Positions 47,055 through 56,435 of a stretch of DNA of 64,000 bases are shown one piece after another (the stretch's first letter is position 1; the number at the start of each line of letters is the position of its first letter). The notes beneath the pieces were generated by a model. The model was not told where the DNA came from. It ran no database searches and was given only the letters and a program-made list of their open reading frames with translations. Position numbers and translations under genes: made by a program. The stretch is from an uncultured Bacteroidota bacterium (GTDB lineage: Bacteria; Bacteroidota; Bacteroidia; Chitinophagales; LD1), in NCBI GenBank assembly GCA_903919075.1, contig CAIXGR010000073.1, forward strand, positions 11,661 to 75,660, read 5' to 3'.

Positions 47055-48192
47055 ATTTTAAAGCCTGTTTCAAATCTTCTATTAAGTCTTCAATGTCTTC
47101 CACCCCCACACTTAATCGCAGCAGGTTATCGGTTACTCCTACGCGCTCTCTTTCAGCTTTCGGGATTGCGGCATGGGTCATAGTTGATGGGTGATTAATC
47201 AACGACTCTACCCCGCCTAATGATTCGGCGAGAGAGAATACTTTGAACGAAGAGGCAATTTTAAAAGTATCTTCCAGTGAAGCATTTTTAAGAACGATAG
47301 AAATCATGCCACCAAAATCTTTCATTTGTTTTTTAGCTATTGCATGGTTTGGGTGGTCTTCGAAACCTGGCCAGTAAATTTTTTCGATACGTGGATGTGG
47401 CTTTAAAAACTCAGCTACTTTTCTTCCGTTGAAGCAATGCCTTTCCATACGCAGGTGCAGAGTTTTAATGCCGCGCAACACTAAAAACGAATCCATAGGC
47501 CCCGGCACAGCGCCACAAGAGTTATGAATGAAAGCAAGTTGTTCGTGTATTTTATCATCGTTGGTTATTAACGCACCCATTACTACGTCGCTATGTCCGC
47601 CCAAATATTTGGTAACTGAGTGCATTACAATATCAGCGCCCAGTAAGAGTGGGTTCTGTAGGTATGGTGATGCAAAGGTGTTATCAACCGCTACCATAAT
47701 ATTTTTCTGCTTGGCAATTTTTACGCAGGCTTCAATATCAATAATCTGCATGGTGGGATTGGTGGGTGTTTCAATCCAAATCAATTTTGTTTTATCATTA
47801 ATATACTTGCTTATGTTGTTAGCATCAGTCATGTTAATGAAATGGAACTTTATGCCGTATGCTGCAAATATTTTGGTAAACATGCGGTACGAGCCGCCAT
47901 ATAAATCATCGCCGGTTATTACTTCATCGCCGGGTAGTAAAAGTTTTATTACGGCATCGGTAGCACCCATGCCACTGCTAAAACACAAGCAGTGTTTACC
48001 TTCTTCTAAAGCAGCGATATTTTTTTCGAGCGCCGAGCGGGTTGGATTTTTGCCGCGGGCGTAACCAAAGCCCTTGTTCTTGCCTGGCGATTCCTGCACA
48101 TAAGTAGAGGTTTGAAAAATGGGAGTCATAATAGCTCCGGTTGATGGGTCAGGTTCTAAGCCTGCATGAATAGCTTTGGTTCCGAATTTCAT
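47053..48192 (-). CDS. Cys/Met-metabolism PLP-dependent enzyme (cystathionine beta-lyase / gamma-lyase / gamma-synthase family)
   Basis: 379 aa. Typical family sequence (TGAIMTPIFQTSTY, ETPTNP, PLP-lysine context HSVTKYLGGHSD, RLSVGVEDIEDLIEDL). Confidence 0.9.
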   Translation of the reverse strand: MKFGTKAIHAGLEPDPSTGAIMTPIFQTSTYVQESPGKNKGFGYARGKNPTRSALEKNIAALEEGKHCLCFSSGMGATDAVIKLLLPGDEVITGDDLYGGSYRMFTKIFAAYGIKFHFINMTDANNISKYINDKTKLIWIETPTNPTMQIIDIEACVKIAKQKNIMVAVDNTFASPYLQNPLLLGADIVMHSVTKYLGGHSDVVMGALITNDDKIHEQLAFIHNSCGAVPGPMDSFLVLRGIKTLHLRMERHCFNGRKVAEFLKPHPRIEKIYWPGFEDHPNHAIAKKQMKDFGGMISIVLKNASLEDTFKIASSFKVFSLAESLGGVESLINHPSTMTHAAIPKAERERVGVTDNLLRLSVGVEDIEDLIEDLKQALK

Positions 48193-48274
48193 GAATTATT
48201 ATTTAAGGGCGTAAAACTAAATAAGAAAAAATGGAATACAACATTAGGTGCAAAGACGTTGAGAAAACGGGAGC

Positions 48275-48613
48275 TTATTTTTCTGTGGGGCGAGGAACAT
48301 CTAACAAAGGGTAATCGGTTAGGGACTGAGGTGCATGCTTCCCTCTGTAAAAAGTAACTTTTTGAACTTCACTACAATTAGAAGTTAATAAATAGGATTT
48401 AACTAAAGCAGGCTCAGAAGCAGAAACATTAACACAGCCCGTGTGGTTAGAAGTGGCCCAAAATTCGTTTGCAGGTATAAATATTTTGATTTGGGAGTTT
48501 GCGTTTATAGCTATGATTGTATCAGTAATACGCATACTTTCAGAAATTGGATTTTGGCTAAAAGCAGATAGGTTAATTAACCAAAAGGCGACAAGGGCGA
48601 AGAATGGCTTCAT
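48275..48613 (-). CDS. Small secreted hypothetical protein
   Basis: 112 aa with signal peptide (WLINLSAFSQ). No family recognised. Confidence 0.45.
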   Translation of the reverse strand: MKPFFALVAFWLINLSAFSQNPISESMRITDTIIAINANSQIKIFIPANEFWATSNHTGCVNVSASEPALVKSYLLTSNCSEVQKVTFYRGKHAPQSLTDYPLLDVPRPTEK

Positions 48614-48686
48614 AATTTTTTTGTGCTACTATAAATATATTACTACTTAATGAATAAGCCCTAAATAATTTATCTATCACTTGAAC

Positions 48687-49937
48687 TTAGAACAAATGGC
48701 AAAACAACCCATCCCTTAATTTAGGTTCAAACCAAGTGCTTTTAGGGGGCATAATATTATTGCTGTCGGATATATCCATTAGTTGTTGCAATGAAACCGG
48801 GTAAAGGGCAAAGGCCACTTTCATTTCGCCATTGTCAACTCTTCTTTTTAATTCTTGTAAACCGCGAATGCCGCCTACAAAATCAATTCGCTTATCGGTG
48901 CGTGGGTCTTTAATGCCGAGCACAGGTTCCAGTAAATTATTTTGCAAAATGCTGATGTCGAGAACACCGGTGGGGTCGTTTTTATAAGTGTCCTCTTTTA
49001 CGGTTAGTCGGCACCAGTAGCCGGAAATATACATGGCAAGCTCGTGCAGTTTTTTTGGTTTAGCTTCTTCAATTGAGGTGCCTAAATTTTCAACGGCAAA
49101 CTTTTCTTCTACTCTTTTTAAAAAATCAACTTCGTTTAAACCGTTCAAATCTTTTACCAATCGGTTGTAATCCATAATGGCCAACTGGTTGTGCGGAAAT
49201 AATACGGAGAGAAAGAAATTATATTCTTCGTTGCCGGTATGGGTTGCATTTTTTTCGCGCAGGGCCTTGCCCACTTTAGCAGCTGATGCGGTGCGATGGT
49301 GCCCATCAGCAATATAGGTGCAGGGTATTTCTTTATCGAATAACGAAACCAGTTGTTCGATTGTGGCTTTATCTTGAATTACCCAAACAGTATGCTGCAC
49401 ATTGTCATCTTCAATAAAATCATAAACAGCTTTGTTAGATGCAATATAGTTGTTAATGATAGTATCAACTTTTTGATGTGCACGATAGGTAAGGAAAATT
49501 GGCCCTACATGCGCCTTTAATGTTTGCATGTGTTCAATACGGTCTTTTTCTTTTTCGGGGCGGGTGTGTTCGTGCTTTTTAATTACATCATTAAAATAAT
49601 CTTCAACCGAGCTGCAAGCCACTAAGCCTATTTGCTTTCTGCCATTCATTACCTGTGCATATATGTATAGCAGCGCCTCTGCATCTTGCAATAAAACTTT
49701 TTGCTCAATCATGCGGTAAAAATTCTCTCGCGCTTTATCGTACACTTCTTGCGAGTGCTCATCTGTTTCTTTGGGTAAATCAATTTCTGCTTTACTTACA
49801 TGTAGGAAAGAATAAGGTTTGTCTTTCGCCATTATGCGCGCTTCGTCGCTATTCATTACATCATAAGGCAAAGCGGCTACTTGCTTAGCTAAATCGGGTT
49901 GCGGGCGTACTGCTTTAAAAGGTTTAATTATTGACAT
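48687..49937 (-). CDS. DUF1015-domain protein
   Basis: 416 aa. The opening IKPFKAVRPQPDLAKQVAALPYDVM and ADGHHR motif are typical of DUF1015. Confidence 0.8.
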   Translation of the reverse strand: MSIIKPFKAVRPQPDLAKQVAALPYDVMNSDEARIMAKDKPYSFLHVSKAEIDLPKETDEHSQEVYDKARENFYRMIEQKVLLQDAEALLYIYAQVMNGRKQIGLVACSSVEDYFNDVIKKHEHTRPEKEKDRIEHMQTLKAHVGPIFLTYRAHQKVDTIINNYIASNKAVYDFIEDDNVQHTVWVIQDKATIEQLVSLFDKEIPCTYIADGHHRTASAAKVGKALREKNATHTGNEEYNFFLSVLFPHNQLAIMDYNRLVKDLNGLNEVDFLKRVEEKFAVENLGTSIEEAKPKKLHELAMYISGYWCRLTVKEDTYKNDPTGVLDISILQNNLLEPVLGIKDPRTDKRIDFVGGIRGLQELKRRVDNGEMKVAFALYPVSLQQLMDISDSNNIMPPKSTWFEPKLRDGLFCHLF

Positions 49938-49958
49938 ACTGATTTTTTAAAAAGATAA

Positions 49959-52112
49959 TTACTTGTAATTAGGAACAACGCCCATATTATAAAACATAAA
50001 CGACCAAACATCCGTCTGCTCATCAATAATTTTTGTAGTAGGCTTACCGCCACCATGCCCGGCCTTAGTATCAATGCGTATAAGAACCGGGTTGGCGCCC
50101 TTGCTTTTTTCCTGCAAGGTGGCCGCAAATTTAAACGAATGTGCCGGAACTACCCTGTCATCATGATCGGCAGTGGTAATTAATGTGGCGGGATAATCGC
50201 TGCGCTCTTTAATATTATGCAGCGGTGAATAGCTGAGCAAGTTTTTAAAATGAGCAGCGCTATCGCTCGAACCATATTCAACCGCCCAGCCCCAGCCTAT
50301 TGTAAATTTATGATACCGGAGCATATCCATAACACCCACACCCGGGAAAGCTACTTTATATAATTCAGGCCGCTGTGTCATGCAAGCGCCTACTAACAAG
50401 CCGCCGTTCGACCTGCCCATAATGGCGAGTTTTTCGGATGAAGTATATTTTTCTTTTATCAAATATTCGGCACCGGCTATGAAATCATCAAATACATTTT
50501 GTTTGTTGAGCAGCATTCCGGCTTTGTGCCATTTGTCGCCATACTCACCACCACCACGCAAATTGGCAACTGCATATACGCCACCGTTCTCCAGCAAAAT
50601 GGTGTTGGCAATATTAAAGCCCGGCCTTATTGAAATATTGAAGCCGCCATAAGCATAAAGCAGTGTTGGGTTATTGCCATCCAGCTTCAGCCCTTTTTTG
50701 TGAACGATAAACATGGGGATAGGCGTGCCATCTTTACTTTTATAAAAAACCTGTTTTATTTCGTAATCATCAGCATTAAATTTTACGTCAGCCTTTTGCC
50801 ATATTTCGCTTTTACCGGTGCGAACATCGTATTTGTATATTGAAGGTGCAATGGTTAAAGAAGTGAACGAATAAAAAATAACGGTATCATCAAAATCTCC
50901 ATTAAGCCCGTCTGATATGCCAATAGCGGGCAATACAATTTCATTTTCATGCTTGCCATCTAAACTGTACTGGTAAATGCGCGAGCTTACGTCTTTCAGG
51001 TAAAGGGCAAATAGCTTGCCGCCACCGGTATTGGCATCTTCCAGTAGTTCGTCTTTTTCGGGTATAATTTCTTTCCAGTTTTCTTTAGCCGGTTTTTGCG
51101 GGTCTATTAAAACTACTTTTTGGTTTGGTGCACCATCGTCTGTTTTTACCAGCAATTTATCGCCAAGGTTATTTAGAACACCATATTGATGGTCGAAGCC
51201 TTCGGTAAGTGGTTTTAATCCGTCCTTTTTTGTCAGGTCTTTATAAGATAATTGATTGCCGTAGGTTCCTTTCGAGGTATAAATAATTAAAAAGCGTTCG
51301 TCTTCGGTGGTTTGTGCGCTATGAAATTGTTGTGCATGCTCTTTGTCTTCATAAATCAATTCGTCCTTATCCTGTATAGTGCCTAACCGATGATAGTATA
51401 TTTTATGAAATTCATTTTTCTGCGAAAACTCTTTTCCGTTTTCGGGTTTATCGTAACGGCTGTAATAAAAGCCATTTCCTTTCCAAGCAGTGCTGCTAAA
51501 CTTTACCCACTCTATTTTATCATCCAGTAATTTTTGAGTGGCAACTTCCATTACATAAAAGGTGCTCCAATCGCTGCCGGATTGTTCAACCGAATAAGCC
51601 ACGTATTTTTTGTCTTTAGAAAACGAAAGCAGATTAACATGCGCCGTTCCATCGGGGCTCATTTTATTTGGGTCTAAAAAAACTTTTGGCTCTCCATTTA
51701 GTCCTTTCTGAAAATAAATGATACTTTGATTTTGCAGCCCATCGTTTTTGTCAAAAAAATAATACTCGCCAGCGCGGAAAGGAGAGGAGTAGCGCTCATA
51801 ATTCCAAATATCTGTTAACCGTTTTTTAATGGCATTGCGGAAAGGTATTTTTGATAAATAGTTACCTGTAACTTTGTTTTCTGCTTCAACCCATTGTTTT
51901 ACATCGGCGGCGGTATCGTTTTCTAGCCAGCGGTATGGATCAGAAATTTTGGTGTCGAAGTAATCATCTACCTGGGTTACTTTTTTTGTTTCCGGGTAAA
52001 CAATTTTTTCGATTGATGAATGGTTGTTGCAAGCTGCTAAAAACAGAATGACAACGATAAGTGTAAGGGGAAAATGTTTTTTCATTTTAAATAAGGTTGA
52101 TAATACAAACAT
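49959..52112 (-). CDS. Prolyl oligopeptidase (peptidase S9A), probable lipoprotein
   Basis: 717 aa. Beta-propeller plus catalytic domain with GRSNGGLL (Ser), DHDDRV (Asp) and GHG (His). The likelier start is the internal Met at 52085 (MKKHFPLTLIVVILFLAAC lipobox). Confidence 0.92.
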   Translation of the reverse strand: MFVLSTLFKMKKHFPLTLIVVILFLAACNNHSSIEKIVYPETKKVTQVDDYFDTKISDPYRWLENDTAADVKQWVEAENKVTGNYLSKIPFRNAIKKRLTDIWNYERYSSPFRAGEYYFFDKNDGLQNQSIIYFQKGLNGEPKVFLDPNKMSPDGTAHVNLLSFSKDKKYVAYSVEQSGSDWSTFYVMEVATQKLLDDKIEWVKFSSTAWKGNGFYYSRYDKPENGKEFSQKNEFHKIYYHRLGTIQDKDELIYEDKEHAQQFHSAQTTEDERFLIIYTSKGTYGNQLSYKDLTKKDGLKPLTEGFDHQYGVLNNLGDKLLVKTDDGAPNQKVVLIDPQKPAKENWKEIIPEKDELLEDANTGGGKLFALYLKDVSSRIYQYSLDGKHENEIVLPAIGISDGLNGDFDDTVIFYSFTSLTIAPSIYKYDVRTGKSEIWQKADVKFNADDYEIKQVFYKSKDGTPIPMFIVHKKGLKLDGNNPTLLYAYGGFNISIRPGFNIANTILLENGGVYAVANLRGGGEYGDKWHKAGMLLNKQNVFDDFIAGAEYLIKEKYTSSEKLAIMGRSNGGLLVGACMTQRPELYKVAFPGVGVMDMLRYHKFTIGWGWAVEYGSSDSAAHFKNLLSYSPLHNIKERSDYPATLITTADHDDRVVPAHSFKFAATLQEKSKGANPVLIRIDTKAGHGGGKPTTKIIDEQTDVWSFMFYNMGVVPNYK

Positions 52113-52144
52113 ATCTAAAATGTTCTGTTTTGGAATTTCGACTT

Positions 52145-53323
52145 TTAGAATACATAGCCAGCAGTAAATTCCATAAACTCGGCCTGGCCTGAATTGGCAT
52201 TTACAAAGCAGCCGATAAAAGCGTTGTTGTGCGGGTGCAAATCGGGATTAAATAAGTAAAAATTTAAGCCTATGCGCATAGCCAGAATTTGCTTTTCGTA
52301 GTAATCAACCTTTGATTTTTTTTCGTATTGATTCCAGAAAGCCTGATAGGCGGGCTTGTAAAGGTTAATGCCCGGCTCTAAGCAAAATGCTACGCGCCCC
52401 ATCAGCAATTCGCCGCCGAAAAACCAGATAAAAGACGAAGCTTTTAGTTTTTGAAGCGATGGATAAAGATTGTTTTCAATTATAAAGTCGTAATAGTTTT
52501 GGTAGTAATGATAAGTAAAGCCGGTGTTCAGTTTTACTACATGTGCAAATATTTTGCTTACAAAAACAGAGCCGGTGTAAACCGGATATGAGGGCCCACC
52601 GGCCGGGCCAAAGGCGCCGCCCCGTTTTTGCCATCCTGCGCTAAAGCGGCCACTGAAAAAAATCTTTTTGTTGCTAATAAGCGTATCGAAATGATGGGTT
52701 ATAACGTTATTGCGCAAGGGGTATATTACCACACCCGCATTAAGTGCAAAGGTATTAATGCCAACATTGGGCAACACCGTATGGCTATCGGACGAATGCA
52801 TCCACATGGCACCTGCTTGTAAAAAAGCACTTGGCCCCAAAGCGTAACGTGTTATGAAGCCCAAATCAACCTGCCAGGTAAAATGTTCGCCGACTGAAAA
52901 ATTTTCAGGGTTCTTAATGCTATCGTAAATACGAGTAAAATATGAAGCGCCCATACCGGCCTTAACATCGCACTGAAATTTTTTATTGGCATTGCGAATG
53001 ATGGGAAAAACAGCAATTGGCACTAAGCAGAATTGTTGCCCAAGTATTTTGTTATTTCCAAGGTCGGTAAAAAAGAAGGATAACCCAAAACGGGGATAGT
53101 TGAGTAATTGATGCCATTGTTTTTTGCCGGTAAGTTTTACGCCTAAGTTTAACTCGTACGATTGAACGAAAGTAGTATGCGGAAAAGAGGGATACATGGG
53201 AAGAGTCTTTCCATAAAAGGTATTTACCTCAACACTGAATGCGTTTTTAATGGAGGTAGAATCATTCGCAGAACTGTGAATGAATGGGGATAATAAAAAC
53301 AAAAGCAACACGCTACATTTCAC
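52145..53323 (-). CDS. Outer-membrane beta-barrel protein, possibly acyloxyacyl hydrolase (PagL-like lipid A deacylase) family
   Basis: 392 aa with signal peptide and terminal ...AGYVF. The HSSDSHTVLPNVGIN segment resembles the H-x-S...PN-x-G-x-N catalytic region of PagL-type enzymes. This family call is tentative. Confidence 0.45.
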   Translation of the reverse strand: MKCSVLLLFLLSPFIHSSANDSTSIKNAFSVEVNTFYGKTLPMYPSFPHTTFVQSYELNLGVKLTGKKQWHQLLNYPRFGLSFFFTDLGNNKILGQQFCLVPIAVFPIIRNANKKFQCDVKAGMGASYFTRIYDSIKNPENFSVGEHFTWQVDLGFITRYALGPSAFLQAGAMWMHSSDSHTVLPNVGINTFALNAGVVIYPLRNNVITHHFDTLISNKKIFFSGRFSAGWQKRGGAFGPAGGPSYPVYTGSVFVSKIFAHVVKLNTGFTYHYYQNYYDFIIENNLYPSLQKLKASSFIWFFGGELLMGRVAFCLEPGINLYKPAYQAFWNQYEKKSKVDYYEKQILAMRIGLNFYLFNPDLHPHNNAFIGCFVNANSGQAEFMEFTAGYVF

Positions 53324-53375
53324 CGCAGCATAATTAATTTAAATTGGGCAAATAGACTATGCTGAATGGCCTCAT

Positions 53376-53411
53376 AAAAAAACCGCTCAAAAGGTTTAAG
53401 TTTTTGAGCGG
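53376..53411 (-). terminator. Rho-independent terminator after the amine oxidase gene
   Basis: Minus strand reads CCGCTCAAAA-ACTTAAACC-TTTTGAGCGG followed by TTTTTTT, about 30 nt after the stop at 53444. Confidence 0.65.
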
Positions 53412-53443
53412 TGGAGTTTTATTTTAGTAAAAATATAAATTGC

Positions 53444-55024
53444 CTATCCTATAGCTGCAATAATTCCTTCAGCGGCTCTTCTTCCGGTTTCAGCACCGCC
53501 GTTCATGTAGCCTTGGTAATCGTAGCTGCAATGTTCGCCCGCAAAATATAAATTACCTACCGGCTCAATCTCTGCTCCGCCTATAGTAGTCCATTGGCCA
53601 ACTTTATAGCAGGCATAGCTGCCCAATGTGTATTGGTAACTTGGCCAGTGCATTAATGAAGACTTGCCGTTGTAATGATTTTTTGAGCCTGGGAAAACAT
53701 TGTCAAGTTGATCGAGATAGTGTTGCGTTTTTTGCGATAACGAACCTTGATTAGCGTTTGCCCCTTCATTGCCACTCAAATAAAAAGTGTATCCGCCATT
53801 AGGCCCCGCCTGCATTTCGGAATTGTCCCAGCCTTCAAGATAAGGTTGATCAGTAAATGAATATCCTGAATACCCCCGATTAACCCATTTTCTTTTATTA
53901 AAACCAGCCAACACTTTGGCATTAGTGCCATAACCTAATTGGTTAATAGATTTGTGCTTAACCTGCGGTAGTGGAACGTCAATATCAATGTTACGAAGAA
54001 CGGTAAATGGAATAGCGAGAATTACGTAATCAAAAGTTTGATCAGGCCCGTTATTAAAACTTAATGTATAGCCACCGTGCACCTTTTTAATTTTTTTGAG
54101 ATAATAACCGGTATTAAAATTAGGCACTTTATCGGCAAGCTTTAACGGAATTTGTTGGTTGCCACCCGCAACTTTATAACGCTCATCGCTGGCACCATAA
54201 ATGTAAAACCTGCCATCATCGGTTAAGGAGGTGCTTACCAGAAAAAGGAAGTTAATGCTTGATTGCTGGTTTGCCTCAAGACCATATTCGGCAACATATG
54301 ATATTTCAATAAATTTTCTAAACCATCCGGTATATCCTCTCAGGTCGAGGTAGGCGCTAATTGAAAGATTATCGTAATACACGGCAGTTGGGTCCGGGTT
54401 GTGGTAGCTTATGTCATCGGGTAGTGTATCTACATCGGCACTTAACTGATCAAGATAGAGGCTTGCTTGTGTGGCCAAAGCGTGTAAAGAATAAGAGTGG
54501 CCATTAAAATAGTAGGCCTCGCTTATTAGGCCTAAGTCTGTTTCGCTTTGTATTCTGTCTAAAAGAGTAAGGCCAAATTCATTAGCTAGCCCTATAATAT
54601 CATCGTGGTCGGTATCAATAAATTCTCCTCCTAGTTCAGTAGTAAGGCCCGGTGCCAATAAATCATTTTTAGAGAACATTCTTCCACCAGCCCGGTTGCT
54701 TGCTTCAAAAACCTGCGAAGAAAAACCTGCCTTCTTTAAGGTATAGGCTGCATTAAGCCCGGCAATACCGCCGCCTACAATGCCAATTTTTATATCTGTA
54801 CGTAATTTTTTAGTGTCTATTAAATCTGCAAAATCAAGAAATTTACTTGTTCCAAGTGCCATGGTAGCCATAGCCGATTGTTTAATGAAGTCTCGTCTTT
54901 TAAGATGATCGGCTTTTTCGGTTTCAATTATTTCATCTATTGGTTTTCCGGTCTCTTTCGATTTTCTCGCAACAGTGAAAGCTTGTTGCAGCGCACGTAG
55001 TAAAGGAGATTTTACTTTTCTCAT
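53444..55024 (-). CDS. Tat-exported flavin-containing amine oxidase family protein
   Basis: 526 aa. Twin-arginine signal (KRRDFIKQSAMATMALG), FAD dinucleotide fold (IGIVGGGIAGLNAAYTL...FEASNRAGGR), C-terminal FAGEH motif. Confidence 0.85.
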   Translation of the reverse strand: MRKVKSPLLRALQQAFTVARKSKETGKPIDEIIETEKADHLKRRDFIKQSAMATMALGTSKFLDFADLIDTKKLRTDIKIGIVGGGIAGLNAAYTLKKAGFSSQVFEASNRAGGRMFSKNDLLAPGLTTELGGEFIDTDHDDIIGLANEFGLTLLDRIQSETDLGLISEAYYFNGHSYSLHALATQASLYLDQLSADVDTLPDDISYHNPDPTAVYYDNLSISAYLDLRGYTGWFRKFIEISYVAEYGLEANQQSSINFLFLVSTSLTDDGRFYIYGASDERYKVAGGNQQIPLKLADKVPNFNTGYYLKKIKKVHGGYTLSFNNGPDQTFDYVILAIPFTVLRNIDIDVPLPQVKHKSINQLGYGTNAKVLAGFNKRKWVNRGYSGYSFTDQPYLEGWDNSEMQAGPNGGYTFYLSGNEGANANQGSLSQKTQHYLDQLDNVFPGSKNHYNGKSSLMHWPSYQYTLGSYACYKVGQWTTIGGAEIEPVGNLYFAGEHCSYDYQGYMNGGAETGRRAAEGIIAAIG

Positions 55025-55201
55025 AACCTAAAATATTTTAATTAGTAAAGTGTGTCAATTTTAAATATAGTATTAAAAGTATGTTTTGGAAATAGATAAT
55101 TGAATAAAAATTCAATTATCGCCCATTTAAGTGCTGTTTGACTTGTTAAATTACAGCAACGGACAAAAAGGGACGGATTTTAGAATTAAAAATAGAGGCA
55201 G

Positions 55202-56323
55202 CTATTCAATAAAAAGTGATGCAGCGATACCATCGGCAAACATTCTCCCCTCATCGGTCAAAATCAAAACATCATTAATTAAGCTGTAATGTGTGGGGTT
55301 GATAGTGATCAGTTTGTTTTTTATCAATGCGGCATTGTTTATTCCGCACTCGGAAATATTTAGCCCCCACATAGTTCTTAACGAGGTCATTATTTTTTCG
55401 TTTACTTTTTGTGCTTCGGTTAAAATTTCTTCTTCAAAAGGCAACTGTGCTTTATTAATGCTTTCTATATAGCTTATGTTGTTGGCAATATTCCAACGGC
55501 GGGCTGTTTGGTTAAACGAATGCGCCGACGGCCCGAGGCCCAAATATTTTTTACCACGCCAGTAATTGGTATTATGAACTGCGTATTTGCCCGGCTTGGC
55601 AAAGTTCGATATTTCGTATTGCCGGTAACCGTGCTTGCGCATTTGGTCCATCAATATTTTAAATTGCTGGGCGGCTTGTTCTTCATCAACCGGTTTCGAT
55701 TCGCCACGTTTAATTTTTCTTTCCAAAAAAGTTTTCGGCTCAACTGTTAAGGCATAAGAAGAGATGTGCGGAATGTTTAGCTGAAAAACGGTGTCAAGAT
55801 TTTTTTGCCAACGCTCGTTATTCATGGTTGGGGTTCCGTATATAAGGTCAATGGTTATGTTTTCAAAACCGGCATCCTGCACTCTTTTAATACTGTCAAG
55901 CGCTTCCTGTGCTTTATGAACCCGGTTCATGTATTGCAGGTCTTCGTCAAAAAAAGATTGAACGCCAATTGAAAACCTGTTGAAGCCCCATTTTTTCAAT
56001 TCGGCAAACGCTTTTATTTTATCGGGGCTTAAATCATCGGGGTTAGCTTCTAACGTAAATTCCTGAAGTTGATTTAGGTTGTGGTAAACAGCAATCTTAT
56101 CTACAATCTTTATTATTTCTTCTTTTTCAAGCAATGAAGGTGTGCCACCGCCAAAATAAATGGTGTCTAGCTGCTCGCCCGCTAAATAATCTTTGGTTAG
56201 TTCAATTTCTTTTAATAATGCTTCAACGAACTTATCTTTGTTGCGCAGCGAGGTTGAGAAGTAAAAATTGCAGTAATGGCAAGCCTGTTTGCAAAAAGGG
56301 ATATGAATGTAAATGCCCGCCAT
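55202..56323 (-). CDS. hemW: Radical SAM haem chaperone HemW (HemN-like, oxygen-independent coproporphyrinogen oxidase family)
   Basis: 373 aa. YIHIPFCKQACHYCNF (CxxxCxxC), GGGTPS; the size is typical of HemW rather than HemN. Confidence 0.88.
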   Translation of the reverse strand: MAGIYIHIPFCKQACHYCNFYFSTSLRNKDKFVEALLKEIELTKDYLAGEQLDTIYFGGGTPSLLEKEEIIKIVDKIAVYHNLNQLQEFTLEANPDDLSPDKIKAFAELKKWGFNRFSIGVQSFFDEDLQYMNRVHKAQEALDSIKRVQDAGFENITIDLIYGTPTMNNERWQKNLDTVFQLNIPHISSYALTVEPKTFLERKIKRGESKPVDEEQAAQQFKILMDQMRKHGYRQYEISNFAKPGKYAVHNTNYWRGKKYLGLGPSAHSFNQTARRWNIANNISYIESINKAQLPFEEEILTEAQKVNEKIMTSLRTMWGLNISECGINNAALIKNKLITINPTHYSLINDVLILTDEGRMFADGIAASLFIE

Positions 56324-56435
56324 TTCAAATTTTTGGGTTAGAGGTGCAAATTTCGTCTTTCAAATTGGTAATCGCAATTATAGGATATGAATACTCATTC
56401 AAACAGTAGTATAATTCAAAAGCGTTTTCAACGTT

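Noticed and set aside
47528-48064. A 178-aa plus-strand ORF.
   Set aside because: It is entirely antisense to the well-conserved Cys/Met PLP enzyme gene and has no recognisable motifs.
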